Shown piece by piece: positions 26,771 to 40,364 of a stretch of DNA of 64,000 nt. The position numbers and the translations under genes are program-made. The notes beneath the pieces are model-generated. The model was not told where the DNA came from. It saw nothing but the letters and a program-made list of their open reading frames with translations, and ran no database searches. Numbering within the stretch: position 1 is the stretch's first letter; every line of letters starts with the position of its first letter. This DNA is from Eledone cirrhosa (Eukaryota). The DNA is taken from the NCBI GenBank assembly GCA_964016885.1, contig OZ024748.1, positions 17,298,001 to 17,362,000 on the forward strand. Direction: 5' to 3'.

Positions 26771-28241
26771 TCAATGGTAATCTACAACACCAACAATAAC
26801 TATATCTTCTTGTTTTGGAGGTTGCTAGATGTAGGACCAAAACCCTTACAAATTATCTTTTACTCATTATTAATCTACAAAGGTATTATTTATGATTTCG
26901 ATTTTGCATAATTCTAAGAATTTATATTATCTTGGTATAGACATATTAATGGAATGTATGGAGGAATGCCAAAATTCTTTGTTTCTATTTGCCAATTTTC
27001 AAACTCTTGTGAAATCTAAGATTGACCAATAATTTAACTCTTCTTATACCCCACTCTTCCTACCTCTGAAACCACCCGTGTTTCTAGGATACAAAACTGT
27101 TTTAAAGTGTTTATATTTCCTAAATGCAGTATTTTTTCTATGTTAATAGTGTCCTAAATCAGTTTTATGATTTAAACCAAATAAACAACACTAAACCAAG
27201 TTTATCTACTATTATTTATACAGTAGGTAAATCAGTATCCATTATAAAAATACAACCATTTCCACATGAATATTTGCAACAACATACAACTTTTTATCAC
27301 TATACAACAACTATTTATCACTATACAACAGTAGAAATTTTCCATCTTACTTTCATTCATTGTCCCATAACTCTTAAGTGTTGTTGTGGTGGCATATTGA
27401 CATACAGCATTTCTTAGGGTATTGTGAAACCTAGTGGAGCCTATCTTCTCTTCTCTACGGGTGTAAACACAGCATATTTCTTCCAGAGAAGGATAAAGAG
27501 AATGAGAGAATGGAAGTGAGAAATAGATATCAAGGAAGAATGGGTCCCAGTACTTGACTGGTACTTTTTTTTTTATCGACCATGAATGGATGAAAGACAA
27601 AGTTGACCTCAGCAGGATTTGAAATCAGAAAGCAGAGAGCCAAAACAAATAGAGCAAAGCATTCTTTTTGACGTTCTAACAAATCTGCCAATTCATTACC
27701 TCAATCTTACTTTCATGTAATCATTGTCGGACGCCATGCTTTGCAGCATAGAGTTACGTCCCTTTATGATCTGAGTTCAAATCCCACCGTGGTTAACTTT
27801 GCATTTCATCCTTACGGGGTCGATAAAATAAAGTACTAGTAATACACTGGGATAACACCAGCTTAATAATAATTAATTTTGATTAATTTCAAAATTATTT
27901 GAAAACCTCTGGTACAGGTATACCTCACCTTCTGTCGTTAATTGGTTTTAGAAATCAAGATTTAAGTAAAAAAAATGACAATTGTCAAATTAACCTCCCC
28001 TATAAACCACTGATAGGCATTTCCTACACTGTGGAAAGCAGATATATAATGATGGTGAACTGCCTCCATACACATATATACACACTCATATATACATGTC
28101 TGTACATGTGCATATCTACATACATTCAAACAGACATATATTATAACTCATTGGTTTGAACATAATTTCAGTTTACCAAATTCCACTCTCAAAAGAATTA
28201 CTGGAGCTGAGGCCATAAAATAGAAGACATTTGACAAAGAT

Positions 28242-28272
<31 letters not shown>

Positions 28273-28400
28273 TGAGGTAGAACACTGGAAGGTAACATCT
28301 ATAGTGGTAGAGCACTCAGTCCATGGGACGAGTTGGGTAGAAGTGGTAACACAATTGTTCTCGGTATGGTGAACTAACTGTTGTGTTACCACTTATTTTA

Positions 28401-28438
<38 letters not shown>

Positions 28439-28454
28439 TAAAATAACAGATTAA

Positions 28455-28505
28455 AGTTTAAGCAAAGAATCGCTGCTTTCACCCTTAACGGGATCTTCTG
28501 AAACT
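28455..28505 (-). ncRNA. Hammerhead-like motif with CAGAAGA core (family D)
   Basis: Minus: AGTTT-CAGAAGA-TCCC gttaa GGGT-GAAA-GCA gcgattctt TGC-TT-AAACT. Confidence 0.55.
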
Positions 28506-28562
28506 AACAAATCCTCTTTGGATTTTAGTCAAAAATACAGATATAAACACATATATATAGTC

Positions 28563-28606
28563 TAACAAAGTCCTTTCGTTGCACATCTGCTACATCATCA
28601 GTGGTA
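28563..28606 (-). ncRNA. Minimal hammerhead motif (family E-related, diverged)
   Basis: Minus: TACCA-CTGATGA-T-GTAGCA gatg TGCAAC-GAAA-GGAC-TT-TGTTA; one mismatch each in stems I and II. Confidence 0.6.
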
Positions 28607-28719
28607 CTATTATGTTCCTCCTGTTGTATTGTATATCTACGCCATATGTATGTATATGTATGTATGTGTGTGTGTATATATATATGTGTGTGTGTGTATA
28701 CATATATATATATGTATAC

Positions 28720-28772
<53 letters not shown>

Positions 28773-28775
<3 letters not shown>

Positions 28776-29230
28776 ATAATAATAAATTAGAAGACTAAAA
28801 TCCAAAGAGGGCTCGATATGGATAAATATAGAGCAAATATTTATTAAAATAACAGATTAAAGTTTAAGCAAAGAATCGCTGCTTTCACCCTTAACGGGTT
28901 TTGTCTTTGCGTGTAATTGTTTTTCACCGCTCCAAATAATGACGTGTTATATTCGTTTTTTCCCGTTCTTTGCCAGAGAACGTTTCCACAAACCAAAGTA
29001 TCGTCTTCCTGTCTTCCTCCGGTTGCAACGTTTTTTGAAATATTCACTTCTGCGTTTACAGATTGACTTTGTTAGTTTCAGAAGATCCCGTTAAGGGTGA
29101 AAGCGATTCTTTGCTTAAACTTTAATCTGTTATTCTAATAAATATTTGCTCTACGGTTCTTATATATTTGATATATATTTATCCTTATCGAGCCCTCTTT
29201 GGATTTTAGTCTTCAAATTTATTATTATTT
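28773..29230. mobile_element. (TA)n-flanked element with inverted terminal arms (family D, Penelope-like pLTR architecture)
   Basis: 28773-28898 is an inverted copy of 29087-29230; further pieces at 24310-24440, 28430-28530 and 62375-62543. Confidence 0.75.
29074..29121 (+). ncRNA. Hammerhead-like motif with CAGAAGA core (family D)
   Basis: AGTTT-CAGAAGA-TCCC gttaa GGGT-GAAA-GCGA ttct TTGC-TT-AAACT. Confidence 0.55.
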
Positions 29231-30280
29231 CTATATATATATAAATATATATAAATATATATATATATATATTGAAAATTAGGAGTGCCTGTATTTGTAT
29301 CATTCTGTATCACTATGTATTTTTCTCTAAGTATAGATTTTTCAAAGAACGCCCAATCTTTAAATGCATCAGCCAATGAGCTCCATCCATCCCAAACATC
29401 ACCTACACCTAACACCAGAAAATGTATAAATACCACCATATCACATTCACAGTCAGCTTTCCTTATGATTTCCTTCGAATGAAACAGTTCTAGTCCTGTA
29501 GAAGCCATTTCTATATTAAATATTTATACTCTGATATGTATTGAGTACCTTACTTACAGTGGGTACCCCCGATTGAACCCGGGATACACACACACACATA
29601 GATATAATCATCATCATCGTTTAACTTGAGGGTGGGAAGTATAAAGCGATTTATTTGCTATGTGTATTTTTCTCTGTATACTGTTTTATAAATAGCCCAG
29701 AATCTATTCCTTGAGCTCATTAAATTATGGGGCATTAACGTGAGTTTTTAACCCTGTTATTTAATTTGATAAATTGGCTCCTGATGCATTTCTATACGTA
29801 AGTAGAGCTTCTTAAACTGAATGGTTCTCGGCTGCTATTTTTAATGGTCTTTTGGTCCATCCACAGCACCATGTACTGTATAGCGCGCATATTTTCTTTT
29901 TACACCATGTGTGCATGCTAGATTTCTGATATATTTTTAGAAGTGTAGATCATACTGTTTGATCCTCCTGTTGATAGGCCATCAGCTGTATGATTCTATA
30001 CTTTATTTGTGGTGAAACATGCTCTATAGCATGTCCAGGTGTTATAGTTATAAAAGAATGGTTTGTACATTTTAGTTTATTCTTCTAATTTTGTATTCTC
30101 CATTCCTTTCGTAGGCAATATGGTTTCACTCTAGTGGTATTCTATCCCCTATAATTGAACACATACCTCTTTGTGTATTTTTCTGTATATACTGTCTTAT
30201 AAAAAGCCCAGAATCTATTCCTTGTGCACATTAAATTATAGGAAATTAATGTGAGTCTTTAACTCCATTTTTTAATTTGA

Positions 30281-30484
<204 letters not shown>

Positions 30485-30529
30485 TACACATACATATATG
30501 TACATACATATATATATATATATATACAT

Positions 30530-30876
30530 AGAGGCACATGGCTTAGTGGTTAGAGCATTGGCCTTGCAATCGAAAGGTTGTGAGTTCAATTCTCAGACTG
30601 GGTGATGTGCTGTTTCCTTGAGCAAGACACTTTATTTCACATTGCTCCAGTTTACTCAGCTGTAGAAATGAGATGATAGGGCCTGGGGTCCATATCATTC
30701 CACTGCAAAGTGGTCGTGTAGGTGCCACGGCAAAAAAGCACCCAGCACTCACTGTAAATGAGGTTGGTGTTAGGAAGGGCATCCAGCTGTAGAAATCAAG
30801 CCAGAATCAGTTCCCGTCCCACCCTTGCAAGCAGGGAAAAACCGGACGTAAAATGAAATGATGATGATGATGATGA
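30530..30876 (+). mobile_element. Composite SINE: tRNA-like head, CORE-like box, RTE-derived 3' tail
   Basis: A box TGGCTTAGTGG, B box GTTCAATTC, CCTTGAGCAAGACACTT box, then a tail matching the RTE 3' UTR (AAAAAAGCACCCAGCACTCACTGTAAATGAGGTTGGTGTTAGGAAGGGCATCCAGCTGTAGAAATCAAGCC) and (GAT)n. Confidence 0.88.
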
Positions 30877-31320
30877 CATACACATATATACATATATACA
30901 CATATGTACAAACATATATATATATACATATATGTACATATATACATACATATATATATATTTTAAATATTTAATATCCCAATTTACAATGTATTAAAAT
31001 AGTGGAATTACATACAAAATGATAAAATAATTCGAATTTAAGATTACAAAGGAATAATGTTTCTAACATTGTAACATGCCTAAACAGGATATAATAATCT
31101 CGATGTGTAAAGTAAAAGATATAATTTGACATTTAAAGTATTAATATATATCAGTTTTGTAATATTTTAGCAATAAACCTTGATTTAAATGGATCTTACC
31201 CCCTCCTATTCCTCCCAAAGAAACACAGTGTAGATGTTTTTCTTGTAAAATTGAAGCTGTTTTAACATTATAATGATAAAAGTTTTCCTTATATTATAAT
31301 TTCTGTATAATACATGTGTG

Positions 31321-31354
<34 letters not shown>

Positions 31355-32056
31355 TTATTATCAGCAGAAAAAATGTTCTGTGGCATAAGACAAGCAGTGA
31401 ACTGCATCTCTAGACCTTTTCAGCCACCTTTTTTGTGTACAATTTCACACATTAAGGTGTAATTGCACTTGTAACACCAGTTGGCATGATGATGCATGTG
31501 AGGAAACATCACAGGGAGACACTTTGAGATCGATGGTGTAGCTAGAAACTGCAGCCATATCTTCCTCAAATCATGCCCTACATGAAGAAGACATGATAGG
31601 CAGATGCATGGATGTGTCGTTAAGAAGTTCACTTTCTAACCACATGGAGTGTGGCTCAGTCTCCCTGTGTGACAAATTCAGCTCGCGACTGGAATTTGTT
31701 CTATGAAAACTTGTATATATGTGTGAATGAGCATGGGCGACTTCTGGTCTTCCACAAACACACCTTGCCTAGGCTTGTACCTTGGAGAGGAACTTTCTAG
31801 ATGCAAATCGTCATTTGTGAACGAATGGGGTCTTTACTTGTGTGTATGTATATCTGTATGTCTGTGTGTATGGAAATTTGGTTGTATTTATATGTATATG
31901 TTTGTCTGTCTGTGTCTCTTTTGTTTTCCATTTATTTATATCGGTTTTAAGTTAGTGGTTTGATATATAAAGATTAATGAATTGTCTGATTTTAAAGTCT
32001 TGGAGACACTGCCCCAACATGGCCTCAGTCTAATAACTGAAACCAGTAAAAGAAAT

Positions 32057-32104
<48 letters not shown>

Positions 32105-32834
32105 ACATACCTGATTCGTAGACAACTTTCACAAAGTAGAATAAGTTACCGTGCTGTTCAACTTCCTTCTTCTTCCTCATAGCATAAATAAATTATTCCA
32201 CCTTTTGTGAACTTTTCTACTGACAAAGTGCCAATTCTGACCAACTTAGGTTTCCTGGAATTCTTCTGTTTCACCTTCATATAAAGATGTCTAGAAAATT
32301 GATGAGATAGTCACAGCTGGAACATCTTTGATCGTAAGTCTACTGCATCAGGGGATATCCTGAGGGTAAACACTAGTAATAACTAGATAGATTATATACT
32401 AAATATAATCTGTATTGTATCTTAGGTATACTGTATATTATATATACTAGATATGCTATATAGATATATATATGGATTAAACCAGTATTAAACTAGGAAG
32501 ACCATTATTCAGCAGAGTATTCAATACTTGGGATAGTAGAGTGTGACTATATTAAGAATGACTTTGGGCCCAACGGTTGAACTCTTGCTATTTCAACAGC
32601 TTATTCCATATTGTTCAACAACAAATTGTAATTGTTATTTTGGACAAATTTCCGTATGAACTTTCATTTCTAATATTATACATCGACGTCAGTTTAGGTT
32701 TTGTACAACCTTAAGGAAATAAAAATTAAATATGGTGGTATTAATGAGCTGTAGTTGACTCAGCTGTGATTTATGAAGTGGAAGAAGTTTTATAATCAAT
32801 CCTCCTTGGTCACTGACACAATAACTAGCCTAGC

Positions 32835-32985
32835 CTCATCCCATCCTCATATCTTAGGATCAGGGGTTATGGACTTATGGACGAGCACCCTCCATCTTTT
32901 CCTGGCTCTACCATTGCCATACATTCTGCTAAACTCCTTCCTGTCCATTCCTGAGTATATTCTGTCCATCTCCTTTTCTGTCGAC
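32835..32985 (-). pseudogene. Short RTE-like C-terminal remnant
   Basis: Minus frames give WTGRSLAECMAM and RWRVLVHKSITPDP. Confidence 0.55.
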
Positions 32986-34124
32986 ACAATAACACGACTG
33001 TATTAAGATCTGAACCTAGGCCCTTCTTGTCAGTAGTCTAGTATCTTAATCTCACAGATATTGTTGTTTAACCCCAGGTCTACACTGATTAGCTAACCTT
33101 TGTCAAAGGTATTCCAACCATAACCATAAGGGTATTATCCTATGTGTTTGTTTTGTTTTCTTTATTCAAGATGTTAGGGTGTGAATTGAGGGAGATCTGG
33201 CTGATATTTTTAGCAAGGTGAGCAACCAAAATGTTTTCAACCCTAACTATTTCACCTTTTTAAAGAGTATATGTAGTTTAATTTAATCATTATTATTTTC
33301 ATTAGGGTGGTGGATTGGCAGTATTGGTAGAGGGTTGAATGCCATGCTTTGCAGCAAAGAGTTACGGCCCTTTATGGTCTGAGTTCAAATCCCGCCAAGG
33401 TTAACTTTGTCTTTCATCCTTACAGGGTTGATAAAATAAAGCAGCAGTAATACACTGGGATAATTCCTGGCCTTGTGCCAAAAGTAAAAACAATTATTAT
33501 TTTCATTATTCAATATTTTATGGCATGATTTGAGGAAAATTTAGCTGCTATTTCTAACAGATTGCATATCTATATAAAGATTCACTCTTGCAATACTGTA
33601 TAGGAATTTTAACTGACTTGGAGAGTTCTTGGGAGGTTAAACCATAAAAAATATATGTTAATACCATAGCATTGTTTCCATCAGTTTTATCACTTCCATC
33701 AAACCAAAATGAAGGAAAATTGATATGAACGTATGGCTTTAGCTGATGAAAAGGTGCCAAAGAGCTTTTTCTGGGAAAATTTATCTGAGCTAGACAGGTA
33801 CCAAAGTAGAGGGGAAGATTTTCTCACATGCGTTTTAACACAACATAAACCAATATACAGAGGTGTTGGCAATTGTATGGCTTTGAATAGGAATTGCCAA
33901 AGTAAAGAACACTCATGGAAAAGATTCTTGAGCTTATATAGATCACAAATCCTGGCTACATATTATTCTACCTCAGTGTGTAATTGATTTATTGCAAACT
34001 TTCCTGTTTGTTTTAAGAATTCCTTAGGAATTATATTGATAGTTCTTCTTGCATCAGTTTTATACTTGACACCCAGTTTCCATCGATTCAATCACTGATC
34101 ATCTTCTATTGCCCCATAACCTAT

Positions 34125-34297
34125 ATATCATCATCATCATCTTCATCATTTTTATGTCCATTTTTCCACGCTTGCATGGCTGGACGAGTCCTTTTCAGCA
34201 CAACATCTCTCCATTCATTGCGTTTCTTTGTCATCTTTTCTGTGAGTCTAAGAGATTTAAGATCAGCTCTCATCACCTCTGCCAGGGCTTTCACGGT
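34125..34297 (-). pseudogene. Short RTE 3' end (different subfamily) with (GAT)n tail
   Basis: EVMRADLKSLRLTEKMTKKRNEWRDVVLKRTRP aligns to EVIKADLTQLHLSKSMTHDRDFWRHAVIQGTRP of the intact ORF. Confidence 0.8.
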
Positions 34298-34422
34298 ATA
34301 ATATATATATATATGTACACACACACACACATATAGAGAGAGAGAGAGCAAGAGAGTGAAAGAAGGAATTCTTAAAGGGTCTTGTCACTGCTGTGGTCAA
34401 ATTTGTCATTGTGGTAAGCTAT

Positions 34423-34453
<31 letters not shown>

Positions 34454-35111
34454 GCTGGTTTTGTTACATAACCCAAAGCATGGTCAGATCTGTGTCCACC
34501 CTATATGTTTAAAAAATATATTGAAGATAATACCACACTTTACTGTTTTAAAACATGAGGCGGGTATGATTTGGGAATAATTTAGCTGCTATTTCTAGCA
34601 AGGGGAGGGGCACTATAGAATCTCCCATACATATAAGCTTGTGAAATATCCAATCCAATCGAATCTAATACTTTCTTACTCCTGTTTGAGGAACCCCTCC
34701 CTGGTCAACCTCCATCACCTGTTTGGTTTTGGTCATGTCAAGGGTGTCACCATATTCACCAAACTTGACATGTTGCAGGTTGGTGAGGCTATTTAACCCC
34801 TAGTTAGGGTGGATGGTCATTGACTCTGAGGAGTTCATCAGCTCTTTTTATAGCTCTTGTTTTATGTGCTGTTGGGGCTCCACTAACCTTTTACTGACCC
34901 TTTACCGATACTGCCAAATAATAATAATTGCTATGGGATTTCAGGATACAGACAGACAAGAAATTATCTCTGTAAGAATAATAAGTTGATAAGTTGTAAA
35001 TTATATTCAGTGTGGTGTATTAACTGGCTTATACAATGAATTTATTTGCCCTAGGTGTTAGCAAGACACTCGGCATATATCAGAAACAATACTGAAGGAA
35101 AAGAAAAAACA

Positions 35112-35460
35112 ATAATAATAATAATGAAATTATTGTGTACAGTGCTCAGGTGCACTACAACTCATCAAAGATGCATGTATAGTACATAGAATAATGTAGA
35201 AATGTCAGGAAAGAGAATAGTGTATGGGTCATGATATATATGTGTGCATGTGTATGGAGGGGAGATATCAGGTATAGTGTTGGTGAATTTCAGGAAGCAT
35301 GGAGGTTTTAAAGGATGCAGTGTCTCGACAACTAACAACTAATGCAGGTGGTTTGTTCCATGCTGCAGCAACTCTGAGCATGAAAAAATGTTTCTGAAAG
35401 TCATGGGAGCTGAACTGTTTTCTGACTTTGTAGGCATGCCCACAGGTGTTAGACACATGG
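35112..35460 (-). pseudogene. CR1/L2-group LINE 3' end remnant
   Basis: SNTCGHAYKVRKQ...KHFFMLRVAAAWNKPPALVVSC...SFK matches the CR1 C-terminal pattern TRGH..K...FF..RV...WN.LP..VV......FK; (ATT)n tail. Confidence 0.85.
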
Positions 35461-35933
35461 AATCAATTGAAAAAAACAAACATTTTTATATTAGTTACTA
35501 TTTCTCTAGCATTGGAAAATATTTGAGTACAGTGATAAAAACTAAGAGAAAATATAAAGAAATCAAATGTGTATTATAGTGATCCCTTCATTATACAAGG
35601 TGGCTCATAAATTGTTTTACCTTTTAAAACATTTAATATCAGTTTTGGCTATAATTTATCTAAAAAAATTTATTTCATACTGTAAAAATACCATACTTGG
35701 GAATATATTATGGAAAGACAACAGAGCTGTGAGTAGAAATTATTTTATATAAAAAAACAAAATGAATAGAAAATATCAAATCAAAAAAATAAAAAATAGA
35801 AAAAAAAAGTAATTTGTTTATCGACGGTATGTTTTACCATTCTTTATATATATATGCATTATATATATATATATATAGCATGGAAACATTGCCATTGCCG
35901 TAAAATGGTGGTGCTGATGATATATAGATATAG

Positions 35934-36001
<68 letters not shown>

Positions 36002-36519
36002 ACGTACGCAAATGCACATACATATATATATATATATGCTGTTTTTGTATTTTTATTTCATTTTATTTTATTTTATTTTGTTTAAATTCTCAGATGTTTT
36101 GAATATATTGTTTTGTTTCCACAATTCTCAGTATGTGGGACAGGTATAAGTTAATTTATGTAAACTATATGAGACCAACTTTATTTCCGCCATAAATACC
36201 CAAAGGAAATTTATATATTACATTAATTTTAAAACATATTTCAATTTTAAGGCATTACATTTGGGGAATGAAAATAAGGAAGTGAAGTAGCTAATATTTA
36301 AATAAATATTGAAAAAAGAAAGGGAAAGAAGAAAAAGAAAAAAAAGCGATTTAATCAACGAAAGAAAGGGAGAGGGGGGAGAGACAGACAGACTCTACAT
36401 CCAGGTCTAAGCAGTGATTCAGCTGTGCCTCTCAGACAAAATGGTAAAGACATTACTATGGAGAATTGCCAGTGACACCTGGTACAACAACCCAACCTCA
36501 CAAGGGGCTTCTTCATTAA

Positions 36520-36927
36520 CCCTTTAGCATTTACATTACTTTAGATTTAGGGTGGTGGATTGGCAGTATCGGTAGAGGGTCGGAAGCCATGCTTTCCAGC
36601 ATAGTTACGTCCCTTTACGATTTGAGTTCAAATCCCGCCGAGGTTGACTTTGCCTTTCATCTTTACGGGGTCGATAAAATAAAGTACCAGTAATGCACTG
36701 GGTAATTGCTGGCCTTGTGCCTAAAGTAGAAACAATTACTTTAGATTTACTATTGTATTTTTCTGGTGAAGGTTTTATCTCACATAATATCGAAGATATG
36801 AGATTTTGATATTATCTGTTTTGAGAGCAATACCTTAATATCAGTATGAGTGGCCAGTTACAGCTGATTTGAACAGAAAGAGGTGAGAGAATTCTGGTCA
36901 GATATGGTCAGTTTAAATGCTAAAGGG
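36520..36927 (+). mobile_element. piggyBac-type MITE interrupted by a full-length SINE
   Basis: TTAA-CCCTTTAGCATTTA ... TAAATGCTAAAGGG-TTAA. Confidence 0.9.
36550..36734 (+). mobile_element. Full-length tRNA-derived SINE (about 185 bp; dominant SINE of the window, more than 20 copies)
   Basis: A box TGGCAGTATCGG, B box GTTCAAATCC, central GCCTTTCATC.TTACGGGGTCGATAAAATAAAGTACCAG; exact 15-bp TSD ATTACTTTAGATTTA (36535-36549, 36735-36749). Other copies near 7870, 12900, 15590, 17745, 27725, 33305, 43855, 45050, 48086 and 48207. Confidence 0.93.
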
Positions 36928-37775
36928 TTAAATGGATTGATCTGTTATAGTCGCTATGAAATTGTATTCATAGATTTTCATGTAGAATTATGTTCCTAAA
37001 ATTTCATACTATTTCATATGACTCCATTCTGGTTACAAACATTTTCAGAAATTTACTGACTTTAGATGGTTTCTAAATTCTTTGATGGTGTTTTTGTCTT
37101 TCGATGGAAATTCCAGATCGTCTGTTTTCATAAAATGCCCGAATATATATTAACTCTTAACATGTTTACTTTAGCAGAAAATATCTTTAAAAAAAAAAAA
37201 AGGTTAATTAATTCAAATGATTATAGTATCTTCACTCTTGGACAAATAGTTATGAACATTTGCAATATTAAAATATTAGATTTTATATGTCATTTAATTG
37301 AAATGGATTTCGTTTGACTTGATGTGAAACCATTTTCCAATATTAAGACAAAAGAAAACCTATATTGGAAAATTCTCTGCAGACACAAAAATATTGAATT
37401 GAAAAAGTATTATTATATTAGAAAATAGAAATTATTTGGCCTTGTGATTCTACGATTGCCTTGACTCAACAGGAATGTTTTCAACTGTAAATATAAATAA
37501 ACAGTTTCTAGTGTGTTTATTGTCTTCATATAGAACAGAAATGTTAGAACATTGGGTTATATTCTGTGCAGTATTTGTTTTAGCTGCTTGCAGTCTATTT
37601 CAAATTCACTGATCACTGATGCCATAGCTTCTTCTCTGAATTGAGAGAACACAGTTCCAATACGTGGGGTTAGCAAGGCTCAGGAAAAAATCGCTGGATA
37701 CATTTGTAGCTCAAATTTCAGTGAGTCACTCTGCAATAGTTTTGAGTATTCATTCTTGTGACTGTCAATACTAAC

Positions 37776-37821
<46 letters not shown>

Positions 37822-37981
37822 AACGAGTTGGGGCCTGAGCTTTTGCCATTTTAATAGCTAGTTCTAGATTGGACCTAGTTTTACAAACGGGTATAGTCAC
37901 ACTCTACTATCCCAAGTATGAAGGACTGTGTTGAATAATAGTCTAACTTGTTTAAAAACTGTTTTAATCCTGATCTCTCTC

Positions 37982-38051
<70 letters not shown>

Positions 38052-38648
38052 GTATGTATATACATATATATATATATATATATAATTATATAGATAGATA
38101 TGGATATACTAGACCACACTTGACCCATTGGGTCACGTTCACTTCAAAATATTTTTTAAAAATCATGGTCACTTAAAAATAATTTTTAAATAATTAAAAC
38201 ATACACAGACATATATATAATGTGAAATGAAACTGTAAGGCCCATATATATATATACGTGTGTATGTATATATATAAATGTGAGTGTGTGTATATATATA
38301 TGTATGTGTGTGTATATATATATATATGCGGGTGTCTGTGATCTATATGCACTTGTCATAGACACACACACACACTCACATATATTTATATATACATCAT
38401 CACCAGCTCTCTTCCATTCTCCTTCTCTGTCTCCTCTCCCTCTCTCTCTTCCTCTCTTCCTCTCTCTCTTTTTGTTTATGAAGGTACCAGGAAAAACCCC
38501 ATACTTCGAGAACACATGGTCCAATTTACGCGAAACTAGTTTAATTCCATTTGTATTCCCATTTCAGGGGCAACTTCCTTTCAAAGTATTTTCCCATTAT
38601 GCGCCCTTTTTGCTGTATTATGTTACAGACAAGCAAGCAAGCACAGAG

Positions 38649-38680
<32 letters not shown>

Positions 38681-38714
38681 ATTTAAATATGCCCCCACCC
38701 CCTCCCACTGCAAA

Positions 38715-39150
38715 GTGGTCGAGACCCAAGAAGACCTGGGATGAGGTGATAAAAGCCAACCTTACCAAATTACACCTCTCAAAGGCGATGACACACGACC
38801 GTGACCTCTGGCATCATGCAGTAATACAGAATACCCGACCTCCCATGGGTACAAGCTGAAGCATATAGACAATATGCCCCCACTGCAAGGTGGTCGTGGA
38901 GGTGCCACAGCAAAAAAAGCACCCAGCCCACACTGTAAAGTGGACGTGTAGGCGCCACGGAAAAAAGCACCCAGCACTCACTGTAAATGAGGTTGGTGTT
39001 AGGAAGGGCATCCAGCTGTAGAAATCAAGCCAAATTCAGTTCCTGTATGAGCAAGGCATGGTCAGCCGACCAGACACTGCCCACAACAGGACAACCTGTC
39101 TCACTCATGCTAGCGTGGAAGAATGGATGGAAAACGATGATGATGATGAT
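38715..39150 (+). mobile_element. 3' fragment of the same RTE LINE family
   Basis: RPKKTWDEVIKANLTKLHLSKAMTHDRDLWHHAVIQNTRPPMGTS*, 3' UTR and (GAT)n tail. Confidence 0.93.
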
Positions 39151-39253
39151 TATAAAGTGAAATTACAGTAGGTCAAATTTAAACATATATATATATATAT
39201 ATATACATGCTAGCGTGGAAGATAGACGTTAAACAATGATGATGATGATGATG

Positions 39254-39283
<30 letters not shown>

Positions 39284-39284
<1 letters not shown>

Positions 39285-39537
39285 TATACCATATTTATAG
39301 ATGTATATATGTATGGAATACATTCACATACACACACATAGATACACACTCATACTACATAGCTATTGTATTCATCATCATCATCATCATCATCTCTGGA
39401 CGTTAAACGAAGATGATGATGATGATGATGATGATGAATACAATAGCTATGTAGTATGAGTGTGTATCTATGTGTAGCTATATGTGTGTGTATGTGAATG
39501 TATTCCATACATATATACATCTATAAATATGGTATAT
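39284..39537. repeat. Local inverted duplication (arms about 112 and 127 bp, 15-bp spacer)
   Basis: 39284-39395 is the reverse complement of 39411-39537 apart from small indels. Confidence 0.93.
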
Positions 39538-39917
39538 ATGTATGTGTGTGTGTATGTGTTGAATATGTTATACTTGACATCTAGTCATGAAATGGACAGC
39601 AAATTACTCTTTTTGTTTTGTTTTCACTATTTAAGATTTGTTTTCAAATTTTTAATAAGAAAATGTAAATACGTATTTATTTATTTATTCATTTAAACAC
39701 CACCACCACCTCCTCCCTCTGCCTCTGTTTCCCTTCTATCTATCTCTCTCTCTTTTCTCTGTCTCTCTCTCTCCCCTTCTCTCTCTCTCTCTTATCTCTC
39801 TCTCCTAAACTCCCATTTATCTTTCTCTCATCCTCTTCTTTCTTCTCCTTCACCTCCTCCTGCTCTCCCCTCTCTCCACCACCACCTCCCCATACCACTG
39901 TTTCCCTTCTCTGTCTG

Positions 39918-39950
<33 letters not shown>

Positions 39951-40364
39951 CTCTCTCTCTCCTCTCTCTCTCCTCTCTTCTTTCTCTCTTCTCTCTCCCT
40001 TCTCTCTCTCTCCTAAATTCCCATTTATATTTCTCTCATCTTCATTTCCTTCTTCTTTTTTCTTCTTTTCCTTCTTCTTCTTCTTCTTCTTCTTCTTTTC
40101 CTTTTCTTCTTCTCCTTTTCCTTTTCTTCTTCTTCTTCTTTTCTTCTACTTCTTCTTCGTTTCTTTTCTTCTTTTTATTCTTCTTCACCCCCCCCCTCTC
40201 CACCGCCTCCTTCCACTCCTCATGGTCGTCAGCCCTCCCCCTCCTCCAATGTTATATTTTTCATTAGCCAGTTTATAATTGAAATAGAAATCATTTTTTG
40301 AAAACGAAAAAATTGTCACTTTAAAATTGAAACCTCATGAGAATTATTTCGGCAATAAACACCT

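Noticed and set aside
29206-29508. 100-aa ORF as host exon
   Set aside because: No recognisable domain, runs into (TA)n, and no partner exons were found.
30532-30605. tRNA gene
   Set aside because: A and B boxes are present but there is no clean cloverleaf, and it continues into SINE body; it is a SINE head.
33560-34100. Decayed RT-like fragment on minus strand
   Set aside because: Only faint similarity across frameshifts; not supportable by eye.
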